A DNA stretch of 64,000 bases from Eledone cirrhosa (Eukaryota). Position 1 is the first letter of the stretch. The number at the start of each line of letters is the position of its first letter. Location of the stretch: positions 29,016,001-29,080,000 of the forward strand of contig OZ024762.1 in the NCBI GenBank assembly GCA_964016885.1, given 5' to 3'. Both the position numbers and the translations under genes were made by a program. Below, piece after piece: positions 25,980 to 39,687 of this stretch. The notes below the pieces were generated by a model, which ran no database searches, was not told the origin of the DNA, and saw only the letters and a list, made by a program, of their open reading frames with translations.

Positions 25980-28250
25980 TAACTTATATCCCAGACTTCC
26001 ATAGATTATTTCTATTCTACAGCTACCTCTCTTCCCCAATTTCAAAATGTTCTGTTTACATTATTATTATTATTATCATTCACTTGTTTCCACAATGTAT
26101 ATACTTCGACCTTGTTTTTGATATAAACTATGTTGGACATTGTGTCTTTCTCTACAAACTCATCCCTAACCCCTGCAATTACCTCTCCTTTCTCTCAAAG
26201 CTAGTTGACAATCTTCGAAATTCTTGCATATCTGCCTTGTCTAATATGCCTACTTATATCTGCTTATTTCCCCCGAATCTCCTGTGATGATATATGTCAT
26301 GATGGCTACCTATCTCACAATTTCCCACTCACCACCATTGGCTATTTGACCAATCAAACCACAGCAACATGTCCTTACCCATTACCAGCCCCAACAAACT
26401 CTGCCATTACTACTACTGTCCTTCTAGCCCTTACCAGCCCCAACAAACTCTGTCATTACTACTACTGTCCTTCTAGCCCTTACCAGCCCCAACAAACTCT
26501 GTCATTACTACTACTGTCCTTCTAGCCCTGCACCAAAGAATTCTTGTTCACCGTTATGTATGGAGGAGCGAAGGATAAATGGAACAACCCCGAATAAATA
26601 AATGAATATGAATCTGCGAGTTACCAAGCACCCATGCAAAGCTTTAATTCAGAGACAGGAAGCATACACACTCCCCTGCAAAAATTCACCCTCTCCCACA
26701 AATGATGGCAAATGTCCAAAACTCTGAGTTGGTAGCATCAACATAAGCACAATGAAAGGAAGGGAAGGAGAAATTATAGACATGCTAGAGTGAAAGGATA
26801 TTGACGTATGCTGTGTGCAAGAGACTAGGTGGAGAGGAGAGTTCGCTAGAGTCCTTGTAGGCAAAAGTTAGTGCTATAAATTTTTCTGGGTGGGAAATGA
26901 CAATGGGATGGGTGGTGTAGGTATACTATTAGCTGACAAATGGGTAGATAAAGTAATAACCACACGTATTGTTAACCAGGTAATACTAGAGGGTGTCATA
27001 CCAAAGGATTGGTGCAGCAGCATCATCGTCAACTGCTACAAGGGTAAAGTAGATGCATTAGATAGAATAAACTATAGAGGTATAAAGCTGATGGACCAGG
27101 TCATGAAAGTAATGGAAAGAGTCATAGCACAGTTGATCAGGGAGTAGGTAAAACTAGGTGAGATGCAGTTTGGGCTTGTGCCAGGAAAAAGCACCACTGA
27201 TGCTCTCTTCCTTGTGAGGCAGTTACAGGTAAAGTACCTAGCTAAAAGCAAGCTGCTCTACCTGGCTCTTGTCGATATGGAAAAAGTCTTCAACAGAGTG
27301 CTCCGTGCTATAATCTGGTGGGCTCTTAGAAAACTAAGAGTAGATTAGTGGCTTGTGAAAGCTGTACAAGCCATGTATAGGGGAGCAGACAGCAAAGTTA
27401 GAGTTAACAATTACTATAGCGAGGAATCTAGCATACTGGTCGGTGTCCACCAGGGCTCTGTTCTTAGCCTTCTTCTGTTTATAATAGTATTGCAGGCTAT
27501 AACAGAGGAGTTTAAGACCTGATGCCCATAGGAACTCCTATATATGGATGATCTTGCACTTATAGCTGAATCTATGGCAGAACTAAAGAAACAAGCACCA
27601 CCAAACTCTGGGAGAGATCTGTAGAAACAGTAGACAGCTTTTGCTACCTAGGTGACGAAATGAGCAGCGGAGGTGGGTGTTCTGAAAGTACAGTAACAGG
27701 ATTGAAGAAGTTTAGGGTGCTACTGCCACTGCTAGCTGCGAAAGGCTTTTCCCTCAAAATGAAAGGCAGACAGTATGATGCGTGCATACGAACAGCAATG
27801 CTACATGGTAGTGAGACCTGGGCACTGTCTGTAGAAGACTTGCGTAGATTAGAAAGAAACGAAGCTTGCATGCTCCGATGGACGTGTAATAGTAATATAC
27901 GCGAACGGTAAAGCATTAACAAATTGAGAGAGAGACTGAACATAAGAGGAATCAAATGTTGTGTGCAGCAGAGGAGGTTGTGTTGTAGCCCCTGGGTACA
28001 AGCTGAAGCACATAGACAATATGCCCCAGCCCTCTCACTGTAAAGTGGCCGTGGAGGTGTCACAAAAAAAAAGCACCCATCACTCACTGTGAGGTTGGTG
28101 TTAGGAAGGGCATCCAGCTGTAGAAATCAAGCCAAAATCGGTTCCCATCTGAGCAAGACAAGGTCACCCTACTTGGCACTGCCCACAACAGGACAACCTG
28201 TCTAACCCATACTACCATGGAAGAAGCGACGTAAAACAGTGATGATGATA
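25980..28250 (+). mobile_element. Internally deleted, decayed RTE LINE, same family as 15114-19040
   Basis: 5' UTR and ORF start (about 26600) match the first copy; APE N-terminus is joined directly to RT (KWVDKVI|TTRIVNQ); (TGA)n tail. Confidence 0.88.
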
Positions 28251-28739
28251 TACATATATATACACTGTGTACAGTATATATACACTATATATATTATACA
28301 GTATATATACACTATATATATGTCCAAGAGAAAGGTTATGACTGATATAGCTTGGCACCAGTGACATCACAACTCATTTCTACAGCTGAGTAAACTGGAG
28401 TAACGTGAAATAAAGTGTCTTGCTCAAGGACACAACACAACACCCTGTCCGAGAATCGAACTCACAACCTTTAGATTGCAAGCCCAATGCTTTAACAACT
28501 AAGCCATGATACGTTCCAGAAACAACCATGTTACAGAGAGACCAATCTATGAAGGGTTTGTAGTAGATTAGAGCAAAACACAATCAGTAAAACAATAATG
28601 GAATGAAAATATAAACATTTGTTCATAATTAAAGCCTTAAGATGTCCCTTCCTTACGATATACTCTTTAATAACATCGAAACTTATTTAATAAGTTTAAA
28701 TTTTAAACACTTTTTACTCAGACGTACCACGATAAGAAA

Positions 28740-28874
28740 CTAGATATGTTCTAACGAATAATCCGCGATGTGGCGAGGATTACCGCGATAGGAAATTAGA
28801 TACGTTCCAAAGAAATATCCGCGATGTAACGGGACTGCGAAAAGTGAACCGCGATATAGCGGGGGATTACTGTA
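28740..28874 (-). mobile_element. Probable Tc1/mariner (pogo-like) terminal fragment
   Basis: Reverse complement begins TA-CAGTAATCCCCCGCTATATCGCGG with repeated CGCGAT subterminal motifs; the other end was not found. Confidence 0.4.
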
Positions 28875-29013
28875 TATATATACACACACAATATACATTT
28901 ATCTATATACACTCATAACATTTATTTCGATGTTTGACATTAAAATGTTGACTGAGGGTGCAACAACTGTTTCTTGTGTGAGGTTGTTCCAGTGGTTGAA
29001 ATATAGACGGAGG

Positions 29014-31690
29014 TGTAACGGAATATTATGTGTGGTTGTAACGACAAGTGGATGGATGGATGTAACTGTTGGTATGGTGGTTTCGGTGTAAAGAAAAATA
29101 CCAGGAGTGTTGTTACAAAGTTTATTTTATTACAACAATATTCAATTTGAATATTGAATGATAAAATAATTGACACAAAATATTCATACAATAATTTGGT
29201 GGCTCTTCGAGCCACGTAAATTCAAATATCACAGAATACGATTATAATACGTGTAAACAGAAATGAATGATACGTGTACAAATGCTGGACTCACTATGAA
29301 TGCGTGTGTGCGGCGTATCAGTATATTTACTTATTTGTATTGCAGGAGTCAGCGATCAGCCAGGAAGGTGAGAATAAGTGATAGACTGGTTTTTCGTGAC
29401 GAGAGCTTGTAAAACGTCTTGTCTTGTCTGTATCCCACTTCTTTTCTGTTTTTGGCGTAAACAATCCCTGTCTTTATAAGAGTTGAATTTAGAAGGATAG
29501 ATATATCCTCTAAACTTTGGTTAGTCTCCCAAGGGATTAGTTTGCCAAGCGTAAAGAATTCATAAAGATGGATATATCCTCTGACCTATTTTCTGTCAGG
29601 CGTAAACACCTCTGACCTGCGTTTAGCCTCTCCCAAGGGGTTAGTCTCTTGAGCGTAAACAAGTTAAGATTGAACGATCTAGGTGCATGTGAAATGAAGA
29701 TAGGTATGACTAGGTGTGTTGTTGAAGAAAATCAGTAAAAATAAAAAAAACACATGAAAGTCATTTACAAACAGGAGACATGAAAGAAAACATGCAAAGC
29801 AAAAGAAATTTACAGCAGTTCTTCGTCATTCTGTTGATCCGCTGGAATCTTCTGGTGGTCGATAGTGGCAGTGGTGTGGATTGCGTTAAGCTCCATGCGC
29901 GATAGGGCATAAGCTGCTGAGTTGGTGGCACCCTTAATGTACCGAATATCAGTAGTGTACTGAGAAATGAAGTCCAGATGTCGGACCTCCCTGGGTGAGT
30001 GTCGGTCAGGCTTGGCATTGAACGCGTACACTAGTGGTTTGTGGTCGGTGTATATAGAGAACACACGACCTTCTAGCATGTGTTGAAAATGCTTGACAGC
30101 AAGGTATGCTGCCAATAATTCACGACTGAATGTGCTGTACTTAGTTTCGGCGGGTTTTAATCGCTTAGAGAAAAAAGATACAGGTCGCCAAATATCGCCA
30201 GAGAGTTGTTGAAGCACACATCCAACTCCGAAATCGGATGCATCAGCCAATAAACACATTGGGGTGTCAGGTTTGGGGTAACTCAGCATTGTAGCCTCGG
30301 ACAACATTTTCTTCAACTCGGCGAAAGCGGTATATTCTTTTTCGCTGAGCTTGATGTTTGCGTTTTTGGTTGTACGCTGCTGCAGCAAATCTGTGAGTGG
30401 TTGGGCTGTCTCTGCACAGTGGGGTATAAATCTTCTGTAGAAGTTTACCAGGCCAAGAAATTCTCGCAGTTTGCGGAGAGATATAGGTTGTGGAAAATCA
30501 ATGATGGATTTGACTTTCTCCTTAAGTGGGCAAATACCATCTTTGTCAATGATGTGTCCCAGAAAATGAAGGGACGCAACTCCGAACTCACATTTGCTGG
30601 GGTTGATAACAATTCCATATTCACGCAAACGTGTGAATAGGAGATCCAGGTGTTTCTCATGTCCTGCATCGGAGCTGCTGGCCACCAGTAAGTCGTCAAT
30701 GTATGCGTATACAAAAGGTAGACCCCTGGTGACTGTATCATGAATCGCTGGAATGTTTGCGCTGCATTTCGCAAACCGAAAGGCATACGCAGAAATTCGA
30801 ACATTCCAAAGGGTGTTGTGACGGCGGTCTTTGGAATATCTGCGGTCTCAACGGGTATCTGATTGTAAGCTCGCACAAGATCGATCTTCGAAAATATGCG
30901 AGCCGCGTGCAGCGAGCTAGAGAAATCCTGTAGATGAGGCACTGGATAAGAGTTAGGAACGGTGCAGTTGTTTAGTGCACGGTAGTCGCCACAGATTCGC
31001 CAGTCGTTCGACGACTTCTTGGGTACACAGTGTATGGGTGAGGACCAGTTGCTGCTGGACGGACGTATGATGCCGAGATCCAGCATGTGCTGAAATTCTT
31101 GTTTGACGGACTTCAGCCGGTCTGGTGGTAGCCTTCTAGGTCATGCAGCGACAGGTGGGCTGTGTGTTATTATGCGAACTGCGCTTGGATGTGCGCGAAC
31201 CACAGTGTTAGATCGTGCACCCAGAATGGTGGAATTCTTAATGTAAATGCCGCCCTCACTGCTATTTCTGCCGTAGATGAATCGTCGTGTGCTAGAGACA
31301 TCGTTTGTAGTGGATGATCAGAAGTTGTGTGTCTGTTTTACGGGGTCACCAGTTGTAACGGAATATGTGGTTGTATCGATCAGCCAGGCAGGAGAGGAAA
31401 TTAGTGACGGACTGGTATTTCGTGACGAGAGCTTGTAAAGGCCACTTGTCTTGTCTGTATATCACTTCTTTTCTGTCGGGGCGTAAACAACCCCTGTATT
31501 TATAAGAGTTGAAGTTAGAAGGATAGATATATCCTCTGAACTTTGGTTAGAGTCTCCCAAGGGATTAGTTTGCCAAGCGTAAACAACTCAGAAAGATGGA
31601 TATATCCTCTGACCTATTTTCTGTCAGGCTTAAACACCTCTGACCTGTGTTTAGCATCCCCCAGGGGGTTAGTCTCTTGATCGTAAACAA
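29014..31690 (-). mobile_element. Decayed, internally deleted Ty3/Gypsy LTR retrotransposon (RT-RNase H only)
   Basis: RT motifs (WSSP, DYRALN, KIDL, MPFGL, YIDD) and RNase H motifs (DAS, RELLA, TDHKPL, ALSR) with a frameshift; PBS TGGTGACCCCG (31341-31351) next to LTR end TTACA (31354); direct repeats at about 29350-29662 and 31376-31690. Confidence 0.85.
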
Positions 31691-31757
31691 CATACCACGG
31701 CTTGTCCCAGAGGTGGGAAAGCTCAGATTCGGTTTCCAATCTTCGCCGCCGTTGTAT

Positions 31758-32220
31758 ATATATAACAAAGGAGGTGTGGTAAGGAACCAGAAGGACCATA
31801 AAGCACCAGAGTACTCAATATATAAATATATATATATCAGTGGCAAAGGGTAACCTGGAAAGCAGGGTATGCAGTCTAATCGCTATGGTGGAAAGTATGA
31901 AAGTTGGCCTACTTTCTTACACAATCCTTAGAATTTGCTGTTTAGATTTCACTTTCAACGCTTGACCGGCTCCACCCACTCCCTCATTGCTCTACAGGCA
32001 AGTTCAGCCATCCCCACCTCCCACCCACTGCCATGATAGACTTAATTGTGTTTACCAGGAATTTTTGACCAATCCTCTTGACAGCTACAATCTTCCCATA
32101 TAAGGAAGTACCCCTTGAAAAGTTCGGCTATTTATTTACCAGGCTAAAAATTCTAATTTAGTCCAGAAATAGCCGTCGAAACGGCTTGAGCTCTACTGTC
32201 GAGGTCATACATTTTCCTAT
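31758..32220. mobile_element. Fragment of a Penelope-like terminal region, including an inverted piece
   Basis: 31970-32220 matches 37690-37940; 31760-31820 is the reverse complement of 37965-38020. Confidence 0.65.
32110..32205 (+). ncRNA. Hammerhead-like motif with a U3-A8 core variant and degenerate stems
   Basis: ACCCC-TTGAAAA-G..CGGCTATTT...AAATAGCCG.C-GAAA-CGGC...GTC-GAGGT. Confidence 0.45.
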
Positions 32221-32225
32221 ATATA

Positions 32226-35200
32226 TCATCATCATTTTCGTTTAACGTCCATTTTCCACGCTAGCATGGGTTAGACGGGAGTTGAGGCAAGGCTGGTCGG
32301 GTGACCGTGTCTCACTCATATAGAACTATCTGGCAGGTTTTCTACGGCTGGATGCCCTTCCTAACACCAACCACATTTACAGTGTGGAACTGGGAACTTT
32401 TTACCATGTTACCTACACGACCACATTACAGCGTGGACTGTGTGTTTTTTTTCTTTCCCGTGACACCTACACGAACTCGATTTCATTTTCTCATGCTGTT
32501 GGTGGGAGTGGGAGGATAGGGTAGGGGTAGTAGATTGGGGTGTATATTTGGTTAAGAGGTGCCTACTGACTGTAGGTTTCGTTTTGTACATAGGCAAGGC
32601 AGGTCTTCTGTATTACTGCATAGCACCAAAGATCTCGGTCCAGAGACATTGTCTTAGAGAGATGTAAGTATGTAAGGTCGGAATTTATCAGATCATCCCA
32701 GGTTTTTCTGGGTTTACCTACTCCGTAACTACCATCAATTTTGATCGCCCTGCACCTTTTTTATACAACTGTCGTCTTTAATGCGCATCACATGGCCATA
32801 CCAATCTGCCTTTCATTTTTAGAGAGAAACAGGCATCATACAATCTGCCTTTCATTTTTAGAGAGAAACCTTTTGTGGCCAACAACGGTATAAGCTCTCT
32901 GAACTTTTTCCATCCCGTTCTGACTCTGGCTACTGTACTTTCAGAACACCCTCCACCACTGTTGATTTCGTCACCCAGGTAACGGAAAGTGTCTACTATT
33001 TCTATAGAACCATCTGGGCAATGGAAGGAGCTAGTATCCTTTGGACACTTGCTACTTATTGCACCTGAGCATTGGCCACATATAAAGTCTACGTTCTTAG
33101 ATAGTTTACCTGTGATCCCACTACATCTTTTATGTACCCATACTTTGCATTTGGGACATAAAATGGAATTTCTGCCTACTCCTTTCCTACACAATGAGCA
33201 TAGCCATTTCCTTGAGGGCACCTGTGCCCTATTTTCCTTTCTACAAACTAGAACTTTAGTCTTAGACAAGTTAACTTTAAGGCCTTGTGATTCTAGGCCA
33301 TGCTTCCATGTTTCGAATTTCTTCTCTAGTTCAGCCATTGATTCAACTATGAGCGTTAGATCATCTGCGTATAGGAGTTCCCATGGGCAGCGGGTCTTGA
33401 ACTCCTCTGTTATAGCCTGAAGGGCAATAATAAATAAGAGGGTGCTAAGGACAGAGCCTTGATGAACGCCAACTTTTACACTAAATTCTTCACAATATTC
33501 ATTGTTAATTCTAACCTTACTGACTGTTTCATTATACATAGCTTGTATAGCTCTCACCAGCCATTCATCTACATCTAGTTTTCTAAGAGCCCACCAGATA
33601 ATGGAGCGGGGGACTCTGTCAAAAGTTTTCTCCAGGTCTACAAAAGCTAAGTAGAGGGGTTTACTTTAAGCTAGGTACTTCTCTTGTAGTTGTACAAGGA
33701 AAAGAGCGTCTGTGGTACTTTTACCTGACACAAACCCAAACTGCATTTCATCTAGATCAATTCGCTCTCTGATTAGTTGCGCTATTACTCTTTCTGTGAC
33801 CTTCATGACCTGATCAACTAACTTAATGCCTCTATAGTTTCCCCTATCTAGAGCATCCCCTTTACCCTTGTAGCAGTTAATGATGATGCTGCTACGCCAG
33901 TCTTTCGGTATGACTCCATTCTGTATTACTTGGTTAACTATACGTGTGACCATAGTGTGTCCCGCCATACCAGATGTTGAAGGCATCTCAGCAACTACCT
34001 CCGAAGGCCCAGCTGCCTTGCCTGTCTTCATATCTTTGATTGCCTTACTTATTATACTACCTTTACCTTGCACCATTGGATCGATTTGGGGCAGACTATC
34101 TTTTTCCCATTTATTCTTCTCATTTAATAGTCTCTCGTAGTGCCTCTTCCAGGCTTATCAGTATCAGTGAGCGCAAGTACACCATTATCATTACGGACAC
34201 ACTTCTCCCCGACAATATCACGGTTTTCCTTGACACATTGTCTAGCAATCCTGAACACCTCACGTTTTTGGTCCTCACGTTGCAGAACATGCTTGAACTT
34301 TCTATCCTCTGCTACCCTTTTTGCAAGGTACACTTGTCTCCTAGCTTCTCTCCTGGCCACTTGATAGTGCTCTCTACTTCCCCCATCCTGCCATTCTTTC
34401 CAAGCCTGCTTTTTGCCCTTGATTGTCTCTTCCACCTCACTGTTCCACCACCAAGTTACTCTCCTCCTGCCAATAGGTCTGCTCCAGCCACAGATTTCAT
34501 CCGTTGCTTTCAGCAGGTTCACTTTCAAGGATTGCCACTGTTCCTCTCTATTGCACGTCTCTAATTGCTCTTCCTTATTGTCAAAGGCAACAAATAATAA
34601 GCTTTTAAATTTGTCACTGGCTATGGGGTCCTTCAACTTCCATATTCTTCTCCTCAAGGTAGGCCTCCTCTGTCGTCGAGTACGTCTATTCCTGGCTATG
34701 AGGTCACTAACTACTAGGCGATGTTGGGAGGGGCATTCTTCACGGGGGAGGGATTTAGAGTTTACAACAGACATTTTGTCCCGTCTTCTAGTAAGGATAT
34801 AATCTATCTGGCTGGCGTGTTCCCCTGATCTATAGGTGATCAAGTGGTTTTCACGTTTTTTGAAGTTTGTGTTACATATAGTTAGGCTATTTGCATCACA
34901 GAATTCCAGGATTCTGAAACCCTTCTCCTTTCTATTTCCAACCCCATAGCCTCCATGAATTCCATCATAGCCATCACTATGTTGTCCAACGTGACTGTTT
35001 AGATCGCTAGCAATAATTAAGTAGTCGCTGTCGGTTATTTGGGAGGTAGTGTGCATTAGCATCTAATAGAACCTGTCCTTTATAACATCAGGTAGACCAG
35101 ATTGGGGTGCATAAGCAGATATTATTGTCACAGTAATTCTATTTAGAACTAGTCTTAATTTAATTATTCTGTCATTCACTATATTTACGTCAATTACCTT

Positions 35201-35580
35201 ATCTACCCATTTTTCAGCTAACATAATTCCTACACTACCCTGTCCGTTGTCATTTCCCACCCAGAAAAGTTTATAGCATCGTTCTTTACCCACGATGAAT
35301 CTGGCAGATCCCCCTCTCCACCTAGTCTCTTGAATACAACAAACATCAACTTCTTTACGTTCAAGCATCTCTACAACCTCATTTGAGCGACCTTTCAATG
35401 TGCCTACGTTCATGGTACCAACTCTAAGTTGGGAGGGTGGGATGGATGGGTTGGAGGGACAGGGAGGGGTGTGGGAGACGGGATTTTGTTGGTCATCTGT
35501 GTCTGAAATAAAGAGGGGTCCTTGTATTCTCGTCTTGCAGCAGGAGGTGAATTTGTCTTAATCTGTGACATTGTCATTGA
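32226..35580 (-). mobile_element. Near full-length decayed RTE-clade LINE, second subfamily
   Basis: ORF pieces 35413 to 32778 with APE and RT motifs, a (GAT)n tail, and multiple stops and frameshifts. Confidence 0.9.
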
Positions 35581-35743
35581 GTGCCATACGTACATATATA
35601 TATGTGTGCATGTATATATACTACTGTACGTCTGTATACATATATGTATGTATGTATACATACTTTATATTTAAGTAACAGCCGCACTAAGAGTGAGAAA
35701 TGAAATTTCGTTTCATTTTTTCCACACATATATATATATATAT

Positions 35744-38017
35744 ATAGAATAGGGGAAGGGGGTGGGGCTACTGAAGCTACAAAGGACCGAGGGGCTGCCT
35801 CGGGTGGGCGAGAAAATGAAAAGGACGACGACAAAGAAAGAGGACTGGGGTGGAAGGACTAGGGAGGGATGGGGAGAAGGAAATATAGAGGAAGCGATAA
35901 AAAGATATAAAAGATCTTACGTCTACCTTTGCAAGCAGGGGTTACCCATTACAAAATCGGCAAGTGGGGTGTTATAGCCCTAGTCTACCCCACGGGTCAT
36001 TATGGGGTTTTAGGGCGAGGTAAGTCCTACGCAATCTGTGTTTACATGCAGTAACCAGTTCAATCCTCCCCACAACGCCGAGGTGACAACTCCTATCGGG
36101 AAAATCTTCTTTAGGCTCATTGAAAAACACTTCCCACTACAACACCGCTACCACAACGTAATTAACAAAAATACCATCAAACTCTCTTACAGCACCACAC
36201 CAAACTTTGCACAAAATATCGTCTCCTCTAACAACAAAAAACTCAACCCCTATGGAAGAAATAACCTAAATAGCAGTGGAGAGCCGACCAGGAGGTGCAA
36301 CTGTCCTGATGGATCCATTTTCCCCCTCGACAACAGATGCAGAGATCGTAATGTGATCTACCAGTGCAACGTGAGGACGGACACCTCCAACAAAGCTTAT
36401 ATAGGATTAACCGCATGTGACTTCAAGACCCGGCTATACCAACACAGGAATACCTTCCGAAACCCGGCCCGGCGCCACGCCACTACACTTTCGGGCCACA
36501 TATGGGACCTCAAGGATAACAACATTACCTATGATCTCACTTGGAGCTTACTGTCCAGAGCCAACTCTTACACGGGAGGACGCCGTCCGTGCAATTTATG
36601 CTCGGAGGAAACTTTACAAATGAAAGATGGACTGGTTACTGCATGTAAACATAGATTGCGTAGGACTTACCTCGCCCTCAAACCCCATAATGACCCGGGG
36701 AGGGGAGACTAGGGCTATAACACCCCACTTGCCGATTTTGTAATGGGTAACCCCTGCTTGCAAAGGTACGGTAGACGTAAGATCTTTTATATCTTTTTAT
36801 CGCTTCCTCTATATTTCCTTCTTCCCCCCATCCCTCCCTAGTCCTTCCACCCCAGTCCTCTTTCTTTGTCGTCGTCCTTTTCATTTTCTCGCCCACCCGA
36901 GGCAGCCTCTCGGTCCTTTGTAGCTTCAGTACCCCCACCCCCTTCCCCTATTCTATGATAGATTTGGCTGACTCCGCTTTTTATAGCAGATGTGTTAGAC
37001 CCCGGATACTTGCCTCCTTATCCGACCGCTGCCCCTTTTCCGTGCTTTCTATATTTCTTAGTGGTATCTTTGCTTTAATTTCTCATATATCAGTATTTTT
37101 TTTGGGGGGGGGGATTCTGAACTAATTTTCCGTATCAAATTTTACATATACTTCGTACGAGCTTTTATGTAGTTTGCACTAGAACTTTTGTATCGTGGCG
37201 GCACCCTTAGAGATAGTATTAGTATTCTTTTTCGGGACTCTGAATTATTATTTCGTATTAGTTTACTTTTTGCACTGGGTGGTTGCTGGCCTTGTGCCTG
37301 GGGTAGAAACCTTTATTTATTATTTCGTGGTAGTTTCTTTAGTATTTTGGCCCCTCACTTGTTGACCCGTCACCGTAAGATATACTTGGTTTATTACTTA
37401 TACCTCTTAAAAGGGTCTCATTATAATTCCGTCCCACCTAGTAAACCTTTCTTTAGCCTAGCAGTGCCAGTGAGAGACTTAGGTCGTAGTAACCAGAAAT
37501 TGTTTATTTTTTTTTTTTTTTACATTTAATTGCTTTTTAACACTCTCGGTATTTTTCTATATATTTACCCCATATTGTTTTACTAATTGTTTTACTAATT
37601 GTTTCGACTTCCTCCCCCTCCCCCTCCCTAGTATCCTCTTTGACCTCATGCCCAGCTGTAGTCGGCACTATCAACGCATGACTGGGTCTCCTCCACCCCT
37701 CTCCCTCTTTCTCCTACTGGCAGGTTCAGCTACCCCTTCCCTCCACAAATTGCCATCATAGAATTATTATGTCTCAACAACAAACTTTTAACCAATCCTC
37801 GTGACAATCACTTTTACCATATATGGAATTACCCCTTTAGAAGCTCGGCTATTCAAATACCAGGATAAAAATGTTCATATAGTCCAGAATTAGCCGTCGA
37901 AACGGCTTGAGCTCAGCCGTCGGGGTCCTACTCGTTCCTATTACCCACTCTACTACTCTAAGTATTGAGTACTTTGGTGCGTTATGGTCCACCTGGTTCC
38001 TTACCACATTTCCTCCG

Positions 38018-38020
<3 letters not shown>
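35744..38020 (+). mobile_element. 5'-truncated Penelope-like element with GIY-YIG endonuclease and an inverted pLTR segment
   Basis: ORF 36038-36712 contains IKLSYS, NVIY..AYIGLT, RLYQH, LSGHIW and CNLC; 35744-36059 is the reverse complement of 36631-36956; both ends abut (TA)n. Confidence 0.85.
37831..37926 (+). ncRNA. Type I hammerhead-like motif in the Penelope 3' region; intact stems, mutated core
   Basis: Stem I ACCCC/GGGGT, stem II CGGCTA/TAGCCG, GAAA, stem III CGGCT/AGCCG and GTC site; the core reads TTTAGAA. Confidence 0.5.
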
Positions 38021-38074
<54 letters not shown>

Positions 38075-38296
38075 CACTTCTCATTTCAGAGAAAGTTTCG
38101 GTATTTTTTGGCAAATCTAAGGAACCCTTTTATAAATCAATATGTACAACCAAACCTTTGAGCTGTTCAGGGGATGTAAACGCTTGGTATATTTCTATAA
38201 AAGGAGAGGGTACCTGTATCGAAACATTATCATTATCAGGTCTGTTGATCTTTATTCATTCAAACTTTAGTTGTTAATCTCTACAAACTGTGACTG

Positions 38297-39295
38297 TTAA
38301 CCCTTTAGCATTTAAAGCGACTGTATCTGGCCAGAATTCTCTCACCTCTTTCTGTTCAAACTGGCTGTAACCAGCCGTTCATATTCATGTTAAGATAATT
38401 ATTTCTACTTTAGGCACAAGACCAGCAATTACCCAGTGCATTACTCAGATCGTAAAGGGCCGTAACTCTATGCTGGAAAGCATGGCGTCCGACCCTCCAC
38501 CGATACTGCCAACCCACCGCGCTTATTAATGTTAAGATAATGTTCTCAAAATAGATAATATCAAAATCTAATATATTCAATATTATGTTTCTACTTTTGG
38601 GGGCACAAGGCCAGCAATTACCCCAGTGTATTACTGGTACTTTATTTTATCGACCCCCGTAAGGATGAATGGCAAAGTTATCCTCGACGGGATTTGAACT
38701 CAGACCATAATATTAGGTGAGATAATTATGTGAGACTGGCAGTAATCGGTAGAGTGTCAGACATCATGTTTACGGCCCTTTATATTCTGAGTTCAAATCC
38801 CGCCGAGGTTAACTTTGCCTTTCATCCTTACATGGGTCGATAAAATAAAGTACCAGTAATGCACTGGAGGTAATTGCTGGATTGGACTGGCAGTAATCCG
38901 TAGAGCATCAGACACCATGTTTTGCAGCATAGAATTATGGCCCTTTACGTTCTGAGTTCAAATCCTGCTGAAGTTAGCTTTGCCTTTCATTCTTACGGAG
39001 GTCGATAAAATAAAGTACCAGTAATGCACTGGGGGTAATTGCTGGCTGGCCTTGTGCCAAAAGTAGAAACAATTATTATTATTGGATTGGCAGTAATCCG
39101 TAGAGTGTCAGACACCATGCTTTGCAGCATAGAGTTATGGCCCTTTACGTTCTGATTTCAAACCCGCCAAGGTTTGCCTTTCATTCTTATGGGGGGGGGG
39201 GGGTCAATAAGATAAAGTACCAGTAATGCACTGAGGTAATTCAGCAATTACCCCTGTGTATTACTGGTACCTTGTGCCAAATAGTAGAAACAATT
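38297..39295. mobile_element. piggyBac-type MITE fragment overrun by a SINE cluster (two minus-strand copies, three head-to-tail plus-strand copies)
   Basis: TTAACCCTTTAGC start; repeated GGCAGTAATC..GTTCAAATCC..GTACCAGTAATGCAC units. Confidence 0.75.
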
Positions 39296-39687
39296 AACTG
39301 TAGATGAGAGAACTGTGGAAATGTAGTCCATCAGTGTGATAAATTCTAACTTTTAACATAGGTTGTGCATCTCAATGGTATGGATATACTTGTAACAAGC
39401 AATGCCATTGTTTAAACGATGCTGACTGCCATCAACAAACTGGGGCTTGCCCATATGGCTGTGAAGAAGGATGGACCGGACCGGATTGCCAAGTAAAAAC
39501 CTATAGTAAGTAGATTTCTAATTATCATGCCGTTGTTGTTGCTGTCGCTGTTGAGGCTGAGGTTGCTATATCATCATCATCATCATCGTTTACATCTATC
39601 TTCCATGCTAGCATGGGTTAGTCGGGAGTTGTCCCAATTGAGGCAAGATTGGTCGGGTGACCGTGTCTCGTTCGTATAGGACTATAC

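Noticed and set aside
26385-26528. 3 x 49-bp tandem repeat
   Set aside because: Local slippage within the RTE 5' UTR with no separate significance.
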